From: the human T2T-CHM13v2.0 reference genome, Homo sapiens
Length of the DNA: 64,000 nt
Assembly (NCBI RefSeq): GCF_009914755.1
Contig: NC_060929.1
Strand: one strand, 5' to 3'
Position numbers and translations under genes: made by a program
Shown: positions 53,692 through 64,000 of the stretch, piece after piece
Layout: the number at the start of each line of letters is the position of its first letter
Numbering within the stretch: the first letter of the stretch is position 1
Notes under the pieces: generated by a model
What the model was told of the DNA's origin: nothing
Database searches by the model: none
The model's input: the letters and a program-made list of their open reading frames with translations, nothing else

Positions 53692-53906
53692 CTTTCGCTT
53701 CCTTCTTTCCTCATCGTCCAGATGCTTCTCCTTCTCGGACTTCTTCTTCTTCTTCTTTTTCTTTTCTTTGTGCCTCTCTCGCTCATGGTCTGACCTGTCA
53801 TCATAGTAACTGGAGTCGTGGCCGGATCCTGAGAGTTCAGTCACTTCACTTCCTCCGACCTTCAGGACTAGCTTTAGAGGCTTCTCCAGGGGCTTGTCGG
53901 CATAAT
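53692..53906 (-). CDS. BRD9: BRD9 exon 2 (YADKPLEKPLKLVLKVG...polyK...RKRK)
   Basis: gcag|ATTA acceptor, AAG|GTAAAG donor, 215 nt; ORF 53569..53844. Confidence 0.96.
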
Positions 53907-54657
53907 CTGCACAGACACAGACCGAGTTCTACCCGCGTGCTCAGGTGCAAACGCCACGCAGCCAGGTGAGACGTGAAGGTGCTAAGAGGGAAAGGCCTCC
54001 CTAAGGAGTACAGCGGGGCTGCCAACCAGCAGGGAAAGACGGAAGGGAAGACCACAGTGGCGGCATGTCACTGCCTCCTTGTTCTCCCTTCCCCTCCGCA
54101 GGGAGCTTCAGGTCCCTTTCGAGCCACGGTGTCCTCACCAGAGGCCCTGTGGGATGTTGTTCACATTACTCGTTCAAGAAGATGGATTAAGAGGGACCTG
54201 GAACCCCGGAGCCCGATCTCCCTCCTAGAAACCCCCAGCACTTCGGTTCACCCTCGCCTGACTTCCTGCAGGCGCCCGTGCTGCCCGCTGACACCCATGG
54301 AGCTGCTGCGGGAGCAAGGGAGAGGGAGGGAAAGGCGGGAGAAAGGGCAGCCCAGCTTCTCCCTGAGCTCCACACAAAAGCCAGCACAGATGCTTCCCTA
54401 GTCTCCAGGACCGGGGTGAGTGGGCTTGCAGCCTCGAACCCAGAACCCTCTACCAGGAACGTAAGCGCCTACCCAGGACCCCTCACGTGTGCCCGGTTCC
54501 CTGCCCGAAATCCCAGGACCCCCTCCCGCGTGCCCAGAACCCCTCCCTCGTGGCCAGGACCTCGCCCGGTGCCCAGGACCCCCGTCCGCGTGCCCGGAAC
54601 TCCTCCCCCGTGCCCGGGACCCCGCCCGCCGCGCGTCACAAAGCGCCGCCGCCTCAC

Positions 54658-54709
54658 CCTCGTAGGACGAGCGCCACTCGGCCTTGTGCTTCTTGTGCTT
54701 CTTGCCCAT
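54658..54709 (-). CDS. BRD9: BRD9 exon 1 coding part (MGKKHKKHKAEWRSSYE); ncBAF bromodomain subunit
   Basis: Strong Kozak GCCGCCATGG, AGG|GTGAGG donor, 52 nt. Confidence 0.97.
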
Positions 54710-55050
54710 GGCGGCGCCGGCGGCGGGCCCGAGGCGGGGGCTGGGAACAGCTGGCACCCGGTCGGACCTTGGCCGCCACCGCCCCCTGGCCCTGGCTGGC
54801 CGCCCGCGCTCGCTGCGCCGAGGTTGCCGAGCTCGCTGGGCCGCGCCGGAAACGGGGCGAGGCGGGGCCGCGGCAGGAAGTGGCCCTGCCGGGCCCGAGC
54901 GCTTCCGGGTCAGGAGGTGGTGCGCCTCGCGCGGCAGATTCGAAGCTAGGGCGGGGCCCGCGGGCTGAGGCAGCGGCTGTGGCGGCGACGCTGGGCGTGA
55001 GGTGGCGGCGGCCGCGCCCTGGTTGGGTCCCCACTGCTCTCGGGGGCGCC

Positions 55051-55142
55051 ATGGACGAGGCCGTGGGCGACCTGAAGCAGGCGCTTCCCTGTGTGGCCGA
55101 GTCGCCAACGGTCCACGTGGAGGTGCATCAGCGCGGCAGCAG
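55051..55142 (+). CDS. TRIP13: TRIP13 exon 1 coding part (MDEAVGDLKQALPCVAESPTVHVEVHQRGS)
   Basis: Kozak GCCATGG, CAG|GTGAGC donor, 92 nt; recognised N-terminus of the Pch2/TRIP13 AAA+ ATPase. Confidence 0.97.
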
Positions 55143-56489
55143 GTGAGCCGGACCTGTCCGACACATCCTCTGGGCACCCACCCGCCCCGACCCCAGCGCG
55201 TGCACCGAGCCCCGACCCCAGCGCACTGATTCTGATGCGACCGAACCCCAGGGTACTGATCCGGCCCGACTGGACCCGGGCGCACAGGCCGCCGGGCCCC
55301 GACCGGATCCTAGCGCAATGACGCGACCCCACCGCAGGGCACTGACCCGGCCGACCCGAGCCCTGCGCGCAGGACCCCAGCTCACAGATTGAGCCCCGAC
55401 CCGACCTCAGCTCACGGACCTGGCCCTGACCCTGCCCCTGCCCCGGCTGTCCTCCAGTGCATTGATGTGGCCCTGAGTCCCACGTTGGAGAATAGGATGG
55501 CTGCGCATTACAGAGAGCTCTAGTCTCAGCCGAAAGCTGGGTGGTTATTCTTTGAGCCACTGCTTCTCAGACCCTTTAATTGTTCCCGTTCCTCACGGAC
55601 TCGATGTTAAATTTTTAGGGTTCAAAGCACATCCCACTCATTTGTGACCAAGTCAGTTCATGGTATGGTGGGGCCTGTGGGCTGTGCTGCTCCCTGGAGT
55701 GGGGGGAACTCAGCGGCGGGGCCAGACCTTCACAGACCCTCCTTATGTCCACGGAGGGTGGATTGAGGTCAGGTGAGACCACCAGCCTCAGAGGGGATGC
55801 AGAGGAAGAGACCTTTCCTTTAACAGAATAGCTGTTGACTGGGTATTTTCTAGGTGCTGGAGTTCAGACACGTCAGCATAATTGCACCAGGGCCCAGAGA
55901 CACCTGCACAAAGCCCCATCACAGCCTGGCGACACCTGTGTAAACACCTTAGCGCTCAGAGACACCTGTACACAGTGCCACCGCAGCCTAGAGACACCCC
56001 ATGTACAACCACACCTGGGCCCAGAGACGCTAGGCATAATCACACCAGAGCACAGCTGCACCTAGAGGACAGACACCTACGTACAACTGCACCAGAGTTC
56101 ATAGACACCTGCACACAACCGCACTATGCATGGTGGTCGCTGCTTGTAGGGTGCTGGGACGATTGCAAAGGGGCCACATGTCACCTGCCTGGCTCTGAGG
56201 AGCCTGTCCAGGAGGGCTCAGAGGGAGGCAGACATTGAATAGGACTTAGAGGGTGACTGCAGTTGATCAGGCCAGTAAGCTGGGACAGTGCATAGCAGGG
56301 CACAGAGGTGTGATCCGGGACCAGGTCACTGTTGTAGAAAGGGGAGGTGTTAGGAGGACTGCAGCAAGGGGGACCAAGGGAAGCCCTGGATACCAAGCTG
56401 AAAGCATTAGATTTTCTCAGCACGAATCACGGCTATTGGAGACTTGTTACAATGCAGACCCCAGGCCTGACCCCACAGCTGTGGAACTT

Positions 56490-56740
56490 CATTAGTAATA
56501 GTGAAAGCCAACATTATTGCGTGCTTACTATGTGCCAGGTATCGTCCTAAACACTTTGAGTGTATTAATGACTTCACAGTAGCCCAGCATAGCGAGAACT
56601 CTTACTGTTGTCCCCTTTTTCTAACTGGGAGCTGAGGCACAGCTTCTTCAGGGCACAGCTGGTAGAGGACCCACAGGCAAGGGGTGGCTCTAGATTTGGT
56701 CCCAGGCAGGCCAACTCCAACTTACCCTGTTAACTACTGG
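56490..56740 (-). mobile_element. MIR element
   Basis: gtgcttactatgtgccagg...gggagctgaggcacag core. Confidence 0.7.
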
Positions 56741-56838
56741 GCTTTCTTATGTATTGTCTGAGTTTTTCAAAACACTTCATTTTAACATTTTGTTTTTGAA
56801 CTAAGATCATTTATGTGTGTTTTGGCTTCTTTTTTTAG

Positions 56839-57004
56839 CACTGCAAAGAAAGAAGACATAAACCTGAGTGTTAGAAAGCTACTCAACAGACATAATATTG
56901 TGTTTGGTGATTACACATGGACTGAGTTTGATGAACCTTTTTTGACCAGAAATGTGCAGTCTGTGTCTATTATTGACACAGAATTAAAGGTTAAAGACTC
57001 ACAG
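56839..57004 (+). CDS. TRIP13: TRIP13 exon 2 (TAKKEDINL...VKDSQ)
   Basis: tttag|CAC acceptor, CAG|GTAAGT donor, 166 nt; ORF 56813..57016. Confidence 0.97.
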
Positions 57005-58083
57005 GTAAGTTACTAATTTGCTGGGCCAAGGAACAGTTAGCTGAATACAAAAGGTTGTATCATGAATGTCTTGCCGTTTTCATAGCCTGTTGTCAGAAAC
57101 AGGTTCACTTCTCTGTTGGTTTGGGTGGCTAGACAAGTTCTTTTCACTAGCTGTCAGGAGCCAGGTGCTGGGAGTAGGAAGTAGCCCTGATGTCGGGGTG
57201 CTCTCAGTATAGCAGTAACAGATTGGAAACCAGGAATGAGAATGCAGTGCTGTACAATAGTGGGCTGCGCTGGTAAGGCCTGTGTGCCATGTCTCATTCT
57301 TTCAATCAGCAAATGTTTATAAAGTGCTCAGTGTGTGCTAGGACCATAGGAGGTGTGGGGCCACAGAGATGAGAAGATGGGCTTGCCTTATAGAATTCCT
57401 TTATCTCATCCCATGCATGGCCACCTCACCCACCATCTGAGTTGATGCGTATGGGTTAGAGGAGCTTTGTGTGAGGGCGTGGAGGCATTGGGGCGATTCT
57501 GGCACCAGTATAAAAACAACCTGAAACATTCCTAAGGAAGACTTATCACTTACAGCAGTACAATTCCTGTCCTGTAAGAACCAGCTGTGAAGGACAGGCT
57601 TGGTACTAAGTTCTGCTCGTGAGGTGGACCTCCCCATTCATACGTTAGGACTCATGTTTGTGCATGCTCAGAGCTTTGTGCACACTGAGATCTGATAATG
57701 CCGTGGTTTTGGCCAGTCTGAGGGAAGGAAGAGCTTCCCACACTGTTGTGGAGGGATGGACACCCTAACTGGAGGGCACGGGCTGCCCAGGGAAAGTTCT
57801 AATGTTCTCTGACTGCAGATTCACTTGTAGGAATTTATCGTAGCTGATAATCATGCAATTTTGTAGATCTTTCTGAACAGATGTTTGTTAGATGCTGTTA
57901 ATAATAGCCAACAATTTGAAATATTTTAACTGTCCACCAGAGGTCAGTTAATAAATGTAGGAATTCCATATATCTACACTATGTACAATATAGCCATTAA
58001 GAAGAATGAAATAGATTTCTATCTACCAATGTAAACATTTCTCTGAGTTAATAACAAATGTAAAAAGACACAGTTAGGAAACC

Positions 58084-58397
58084 GACTGGGCAAGGTGGCT
58101 CATGCCTGTAGTCCCAGCACTGTGGGAGAAGGATGGAAGGATCACTTGAGGCCAGGAATTGGAGAATGGCCCGGGGATCATAGCAAGACCCCGTCTCTAA
58201 AAAGAGTTTTAAAAAATTAGCCAGTGCGGTGGCGCACACTTGTAGTGTCAGCTACTCAGAAGGCTGGAGGTGGGAGGATCACTTGAGTCCAGGAATTTAA
58301 TGTTGCTGTGAGCTGTGATCGTGCTGCTGCACTCTAGCCTGGGCGACAAAGCAAGATCCCGTTGCAAAAAATAAGTTAATTAAAAAAAAACAAAAAA
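58084..58397 (+). mobile_element. AluJ
   Basis: Diverged dimeric Alu with ggatcacttgag in both arms. Confidence 0.9.
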
Positions 58398-58716
58398 CCT
58401 TATATGATAAAACTCAGTTTTTGGTCCCATCTGTGTGAGTGTATTTATATAATAACGTCCCGGAGGCTGGATTTAGGGCACTTTTTCATTCTGTAAGTAA
58501 ATGTAGGGCCCAAAGAGCAAGGGATGGGTATTAGCTTTCAAAAGAGCCAATCCTCAATCTGAAATAAAATAATAGCCTTCTCATCTAATCTGAGAACTAG
58601 CTTTGATTATACTGTACATTCAGTTTTTATTTGTAGACCTTAACATCTAATTTGTATGGTTGCAGTTAAGTGAGAGTTGGAAATGTGTGTCGATATTGGC
58701 TTTTCCCTCATTTTAG

Positions 58717-58846
58717 CCCATCGATTTGAGTGCATGCACTGTTGCACTTCACATTTTCCAGCTGAATGAAGATGGCCCCAGCAGTGAAAATCTGGAGGAA
58801 GAGACAGAAAACATAATTGCAGCAAATCACTGGGTTCTACCTGCAG
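58717..58846 (+). CDS. TRIP13: TRIP13 exon 3 (PIDLSACTVALHIFQLNEDGP...HWVLPA)
   Basis: tttag|CCC acceptor, CAG|GTATGG donor, 130 nt. Confidence 0.96.
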
Positions 58847-59163
58847 GTATGGGGTGTGATGGGAGTTGAAGGGGAGGCTGAGGTCAGAGGATTGTATACT
58901 CCATGCCATGTCAGTTCACAGGGGGGGTTCTGTTTGTCCATTTGTTTTGTAGGATTTTAGGATGTTTTCTCTCTTATGAAATGGAAAGTATATCACAAAA
59001 GAGGAAAGTAGAGATTTCCAGTGTGGGACCATACTGTTCCTTTGGGTGGGTACCTTAGAGTTCCTGGCTAACGGAGAGTGCCCATGTGCTCTTCTCACAT
59101 GCCTGCTTGGTCTGTCCTGCTGAGTGGCTCCTTGTCTGCTTGATGCTTCTCCGTGGGCATTGC

Positions 59164-61602
59164 TGATGGGCTCTAGCAGGCCAAGCCCACGGCTTCATTC
59201 AGTCAGTGTGTGGGGAAACAGGTGGATTTGGATGGGCTCTAGCAGGCCAAGCCCAGGGCTTCATTCAGTCAGTGTGTGGGGAAACAGGTGGATTTGGATG
59301 GGCTCTAGCAGGCCAAGCCCAGGGCTTCATTCAGTCAGTGTGTGGGGAAACAGGTGGATTTGGATGGGCTCTAGCAGGCCAAGCCCAGGGCTTCATTCAT
59401 TCAGTGTGTGGGGAAACAGGTGGATTTGGATGGGCTCTGGCAGGCCAAGCCCAGGGCTTCATTCAGTCAGTGTGTGGGGAAACAGGTGGATTTGGATGGG
59501 CTCTGGCAGGCCAAGCCCAGGGCTTCATTCAGTCAGTGTGTGGGGAAACAGGTGGATTTGGATGGGCTCTGGCAGGCCAAGCCCAGGGCTTCATTCAGTC
59601 AGTGTGTGGGGAAACAGGTGGATTTGGATGGGCTCTGGCAGGCCAAGCCCAGGGCTTCATTCAGTCAGTGTGTGGGGAAACAGGTGGATTTGGATGGGCT
59701 CTGGCAGGCCAAGCCCAGGGCTTCATTCAGTCAGTGTGTGGGGAAACAGGTGGATTTGGATGGGCTCTGGCAGGCCAAGCCCAGGGCTTCATTCAGTCAG
59801 TGTGTGGGGAAACAGGTGGATTTGGATGGGCTCTGGCAGGCCAAGCCCAGGGCTTCATTCAGTCAGTGTGTGGGGAAACAGGTGGATTTGGATGGGCTCT
59901 GGCAGGCCAAGCCCAGGGCTTCATGCAGTCAGTGTGTGGGGAAACAGGTGGATTTGGATGGGCTCTGGCAGGCCAAGCCCAGGGCTTCATTCAGTCAGTG
60001 TGTGGGGAAACAGGTGGATTTGGATGGGCTCTGGCAGGCCAAGCCCAGGGCTTCATGCAGTCAGTGTGTGGGGAAACAGGTGGATTTGGATGGGCTCTGG
60101 CAGGCCAAGCCCAGGGCTTCATTCAGTCAGTGTGTGGGGAAACAGGTGGATTTGGATGGGCTCTGGCAGGCCAAGCCCAGGGCTTCATTCAGTCAGTGTG
60201 TGGGGAAACAGGTGGATTTGGATGGGCTCTGGCAGGCCAAGCCCAGGGCTTCATTCAGTCAGTGTGTGGGGAAACAGGTGGATTTGGATGGGCTCTGGCA
60301 GGCCAAGCCCAGGGCTTCATTCAGTCAGTGTGTGGGGAAACAGGTGGATTTGGATGGGCTCTGGCAGGCCAAGCCCAGGGCTTCATTCAGTCAGTGTGTG
60401 GGGAAACAGGTGGATTTGGATGGGCTCTGGCAGGCCAAGCCCAGGGCTTCATTCAGTCAGTGTGTGGGGAAACAGGTGGATTTGGATGGGCTCTGGCAGG
60501 CCAAGCCCAGGGCTTCATTCAGTCAGTGTGTGGGGAAACAGGTGGATTTGGATGGGCTCTGGCAGGCCAAGCCCAGGGCTTCATGCAGTCAGTGTGTGGG
60601 GAAACAGGTGGATTTGGATGGGCTCTGGCAGGCCAAGCCCAGGGCTTCATGCAGTCAGTGTGTGGGGAAACAGGTGGATTTGGATGGGCTCTGGCAGGCC
60701 AAGCCCAGGGCTTCATTCAGTCAGTGTGTGGGGAAACAGGTGGATTTGGATGGGCTCTGGCAGGCCAAGCCCAGGGCTTCATGCAGTCAGTGTGTGGGGA
60801 AACAGGTGGATTTGGATGGGCTCTGGCAGGCCAAGCCCAGGGCTTCATGCAGTCAGTGTGTGGGGAAACAGGTGGATTTGGATGGGCTCTGGCAGGCCAA
60901 GCCCAGGGCTTCATTCAGTCAGTGTGTGGGGAAACAGGTGGATTTGGATGGGCTCTGGCAGGCCAAGCCCAGGGCTTCATTCAGTCAGTGTGTGGGGAAA
61001 CAGGTGGATTTGGATGGGCTCTGGCAGGCCAAGCCCAGGGCTTCATGCAGTCAGTGTGTGGGGAAACAGGTGGATTTGGATGGGCTCTGGCAGGCCAAGC
61101 CCAGGGCTTCATGCAGTCAGTGTGTGGGGAAACAGGTGGATTTGGATGGGCTCTGGCAGGCCAAGCCCAGGGCTTCATTCAGTCAGTGTGTGGGGAAACA
61201 GGTGGATTTGGATGGGCTCTGGCAGGCCAAGCCCAGGGCTTCATGCAGTCAGTGTGTGGGGAAACAGGTGGATTTGGATGGGCTCTGGCAGGCCAAGCCC
61301 AGGGCTTCATGCAGTCAGTGTGTGGGGAAACAGGTGGATTTGGATGGGCTCTGGCAGGCCAAGCCCAGGGCTTCATTCAGTCAGTGTGTGGGGAAACAGG
61401 TGGATTTGGATGGGCTCTGGCAGGCCAAGCCCAGGGCTTCATTCAGTGTGTGGGGAAACAGGTGGATTTGGATGGGCTCTGGCAGGCCAAGCCCAGGGCT
61501 TCATTCAGTCAGTGTGTGGGGAAACAGGTGGATTTGGATGGGCTCTAGCAGGCCAAGCCCAGGGCTTCATTCAGTCAGTGTGTGGGGAAACAGGTGGATT
61601 TG
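59164..61602. repeat. Near-perfect 66-bp VNTR, 37 copies, TRIP13 intron 3
   Basis: Unit gatgggctctggcaggccaagcccagggcttcattcagtcagtgtgtggggaaacaggtggatttg; one 4-bp deletion near 61446. Confidence 0.98.
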
Positions 61603-62083
61603 GCATCTGGACTTGTGCTGAAGCATATGGATAAAAGACAATTGTAAGTGGCTATGATCATAAATTTTATAATGTGTTGTTCACCACCAAAAAATGATAG
61701 TTTAATGAAAACATATTGTGGGGATTATGTTATACGTCAATGGAAAATAAATGACAACAATACCTTAAAGAAGGATGGGAAGTTAAAGTTTTTTTAAAAG
61801 ACAATTGTGCGTGATAATGAGACGTAAAGTGTAATTCTTTGACTCCATCCAGTTGTCTGCCAGAAGTTACATGTGACTGGCATTTATTTTGCATCTTTGA
61901 TTTTAATAAAAATCAAAATTTGAAGAAAAATTTGCAGAATTTATACTTTCCTGTAATCAGAATCATAGTCTTGCCTGGAGCAGCACAATGGGAAGCTCAG
62001 GCTTAGGCTCAGGGGAGACTGACTGGGGGTGGCTGTAATTGCTTGCCTTCCTGAAATCAGGTCTTTGTTTAATTCTGTCACAG

Positions 62084-62139
62084 CTGAATTCCATGGGCTT
62101 TGGGACAGCTTGGTATACGATGTGGAAGTCAAATCCCAT
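62084..62139 (+). CDS. TRIP13: TRIP13 exon 4 (AEFHGLWDSLVYDVEVKSH)
   Basis: acag|CTG acceptor, CAT|GTAAGT donor, 56 nt. Confidence 0.96.
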
Positions 62140-62930
62140 GTAAGTTGCTGTGCCTTTTCCCAGAATGCCCTGTTATTTGAAGAGGAACCATTACTGTTTT
62201 GCTCTCCAACACCCCTGAGCAACTTGATGCAGATGGGTTTTTGGGAGCCCCTGTCTGCTGGCAGCCCTTGTCCTGGACATCTATCCTCTAGTATTGCTCC
62301 AGAGTAGAGCTGGTCTCTGAGGAGCTCCCTGAGGGAGAAGAGGGAAAGGGAGAACGTGAAGGCAACTTAGAGAATTAAACCCTCTGGAGATGGGAGGAGG
62401 GAAGGTGAGCAAGCCTGGTCCGCACAAAGGAAAGGCCGGTGTGTCTTAACCCCTGCACCCTCTTCAACGGGAAGGGTCTTTCCCATGCCAGCAGCTGGCT
62501 AGAAGACTATCACTCAGCTGTCCTCTGCATTGATAGTCTGAGACTATCACTCAGACTGCTCCTCTGCATTGTGGCTGTTGTTATTTTGCGAATAATAACT
62601 GCTGTATCATTCTAGGGAAGGAGCTTACTCATTACTTGATAAACAAACCCCTTAGTGGTTTTGTTTAATGTTGGCACTTTAAATAAAAGTGATCATTTTG
62701 TTGCTCTTCTTATATTTATAATAGTAATAGCCAGTGTTTTTCCTTTTCCCTTTTGGAAGCACCTTCTCTTCTGAAATGAAAGCGTTTGGAGGTGATGATC
62801 TCTTAGGAGGCGGCCTCGCTCCCTGTGCTCCCTCTTCTCATGTAGGATTAAGCCCTGGGGGAGGGCACATTTCTTGGGGACCTTTGCCTTGTTGGTATCT
62901 TTGTCAAGCTCTTTTCTTTTTCTCTATCAG

Positions 62931-63021
62931 CTCCTCGATTATGTGATGACAACTTTACTGTTTTCAGACAAGAACGTCAACAGCAACCTCATCACCTGGA
63001 ACCGGGTGGTGCTGCTCCACG
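62931..63021 (+). CDS. TRIP13: TRIP13 exon 5 (LLDYVMTT...NRVVLLHG), leading into Walker A; gene continues right of the window
   Basis: tcag|CTC acceptor, ACG|GTAAAT donor, 91 nt. Confidence 0.96.
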
Positions 63022-63180
63022 GTAAATTATGCAGGCTTTTATTTGACCAGATAAGTGGCATGAAATTTAGCCTTTACTTGTACCTTCGTCCTTCTGCAAG
63101 GAGTTACGGCTCTTTGTTTTCTGAAGGAGCCACAGCTGTCCTAGAATGTCCCCTCTCTGTGAAGCAGATCCAGCTCATGA

Positions 63181-63522
<342 letters not shown>

Positions 63523-64000
63523 TGATTACTCGGCACTTAATCAAGTCTTCCTGTGGGGGGCCACATTCCAAGACATCCTCAGATGCCCCAAACGTGGATA
63601 ATACTAAACCTTATGTAGACTATTTTTTCCTACAGACATTCCTATGATAAAGCTTAACTTATAAATTAGGCTTGTAGTACTCAGAGCTTTACTTTGTGAG
63701 GAGTAAACTGAAAAAGCCATATTTTAAAGAAATTCTGTCTGGTTCTTCTCAGGAGAAAATACTGATGGTTTGTTGTTTGGTTTTGTTTTGTTTTGTTGTC
63801 AATATCACCGGGTAGAATGGGGACACGGGAATTGAGTGGACTCGAGAGTATGAAACTGTAGCCAAGTGTTAAATAGAAGCTTGAAGGGTACTTGGCTTCT
63901 TTAAGTCAGTTAAGATTGCGTGACAAAGTGACCTTAAAACACAATGTTCTTTTAAAGAGCAGACAGGCCCCGCATACTGCCCTCATAGCACAGTCAGAGT

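Larger units (their letters stand above)
54400..55450. promoter_or_regulatory. CpG island and bidirectional promoter of BRD9 and TRIP13
   Basis: Very high GC/CpG; divergent ATGs at 54709 and 55051; ETS-type sites at 54846, 54874 and 54902; several GC boxes; CDE/CHR-like element at 54930-54944. Confidence 0.9.

Noticed and set aside
55870-56120. Degenerate cagagacacctgcaca repeats in TRIP13 intron 1
   Set aside because: Old, short and diverged minisatellite with nothing distinctive beyond repeated CACCTG.
59124-61634. 836-, 780- and 737-aa ORFs with 22-aa periodicity as genes
   Set aside because: Explained by a 66-bp unit without stops inside TRIP13 intron 3; two of the starts are GTG called as M.

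Overview
Human (primate) genomic DNA that I recognise as the subtelomeric 5p15.33 ZDHHC11-BRD9-TRIP13 locus. Minus strand: coding exons 1-5 of the DHHC palmitoyltransferase ZDHHC11 (the rest lies left of the window) and all 16 coding exons of BRD9 (597 aa when the exons read here are joined). Plus strand: coding exons 1-5 of the AAA+ ATPase TRIP13, head-to-head with BRD9 across a CpG island (341 bp between the ATGs). Roughly a sixth of the window is tandem repeat (32-, 36-, 39-, 46- and 66-bp VNTRs plus CA-rich tracts), with Alu, MaLR and ERV LTR, L1, MIR and DNA-transposon remnants. Most long ORFs in the track are VNTR artefacts. I see no wholly new gene system. The best leads are regulatory: an LTR-derived BRD9 poison exon (already known), a BRD9 intron-8 repeat carrying about 12 miR-150 seed matches and 8 CACGTG E-boxes, a dual-coding stretch over BRD9 exons 2-5, a duplicated ZDHHC11 exon-5 donor, a splice acceptor abutting the ZDHHC11 ATG downstream of a weak BRD9 poly(A) signal, a CDE/CHR element in the shared promoter, and higher-order structure in the TRIP13 VNTR. 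Gene, isoform and repeat-family names come from recall, not database searches.
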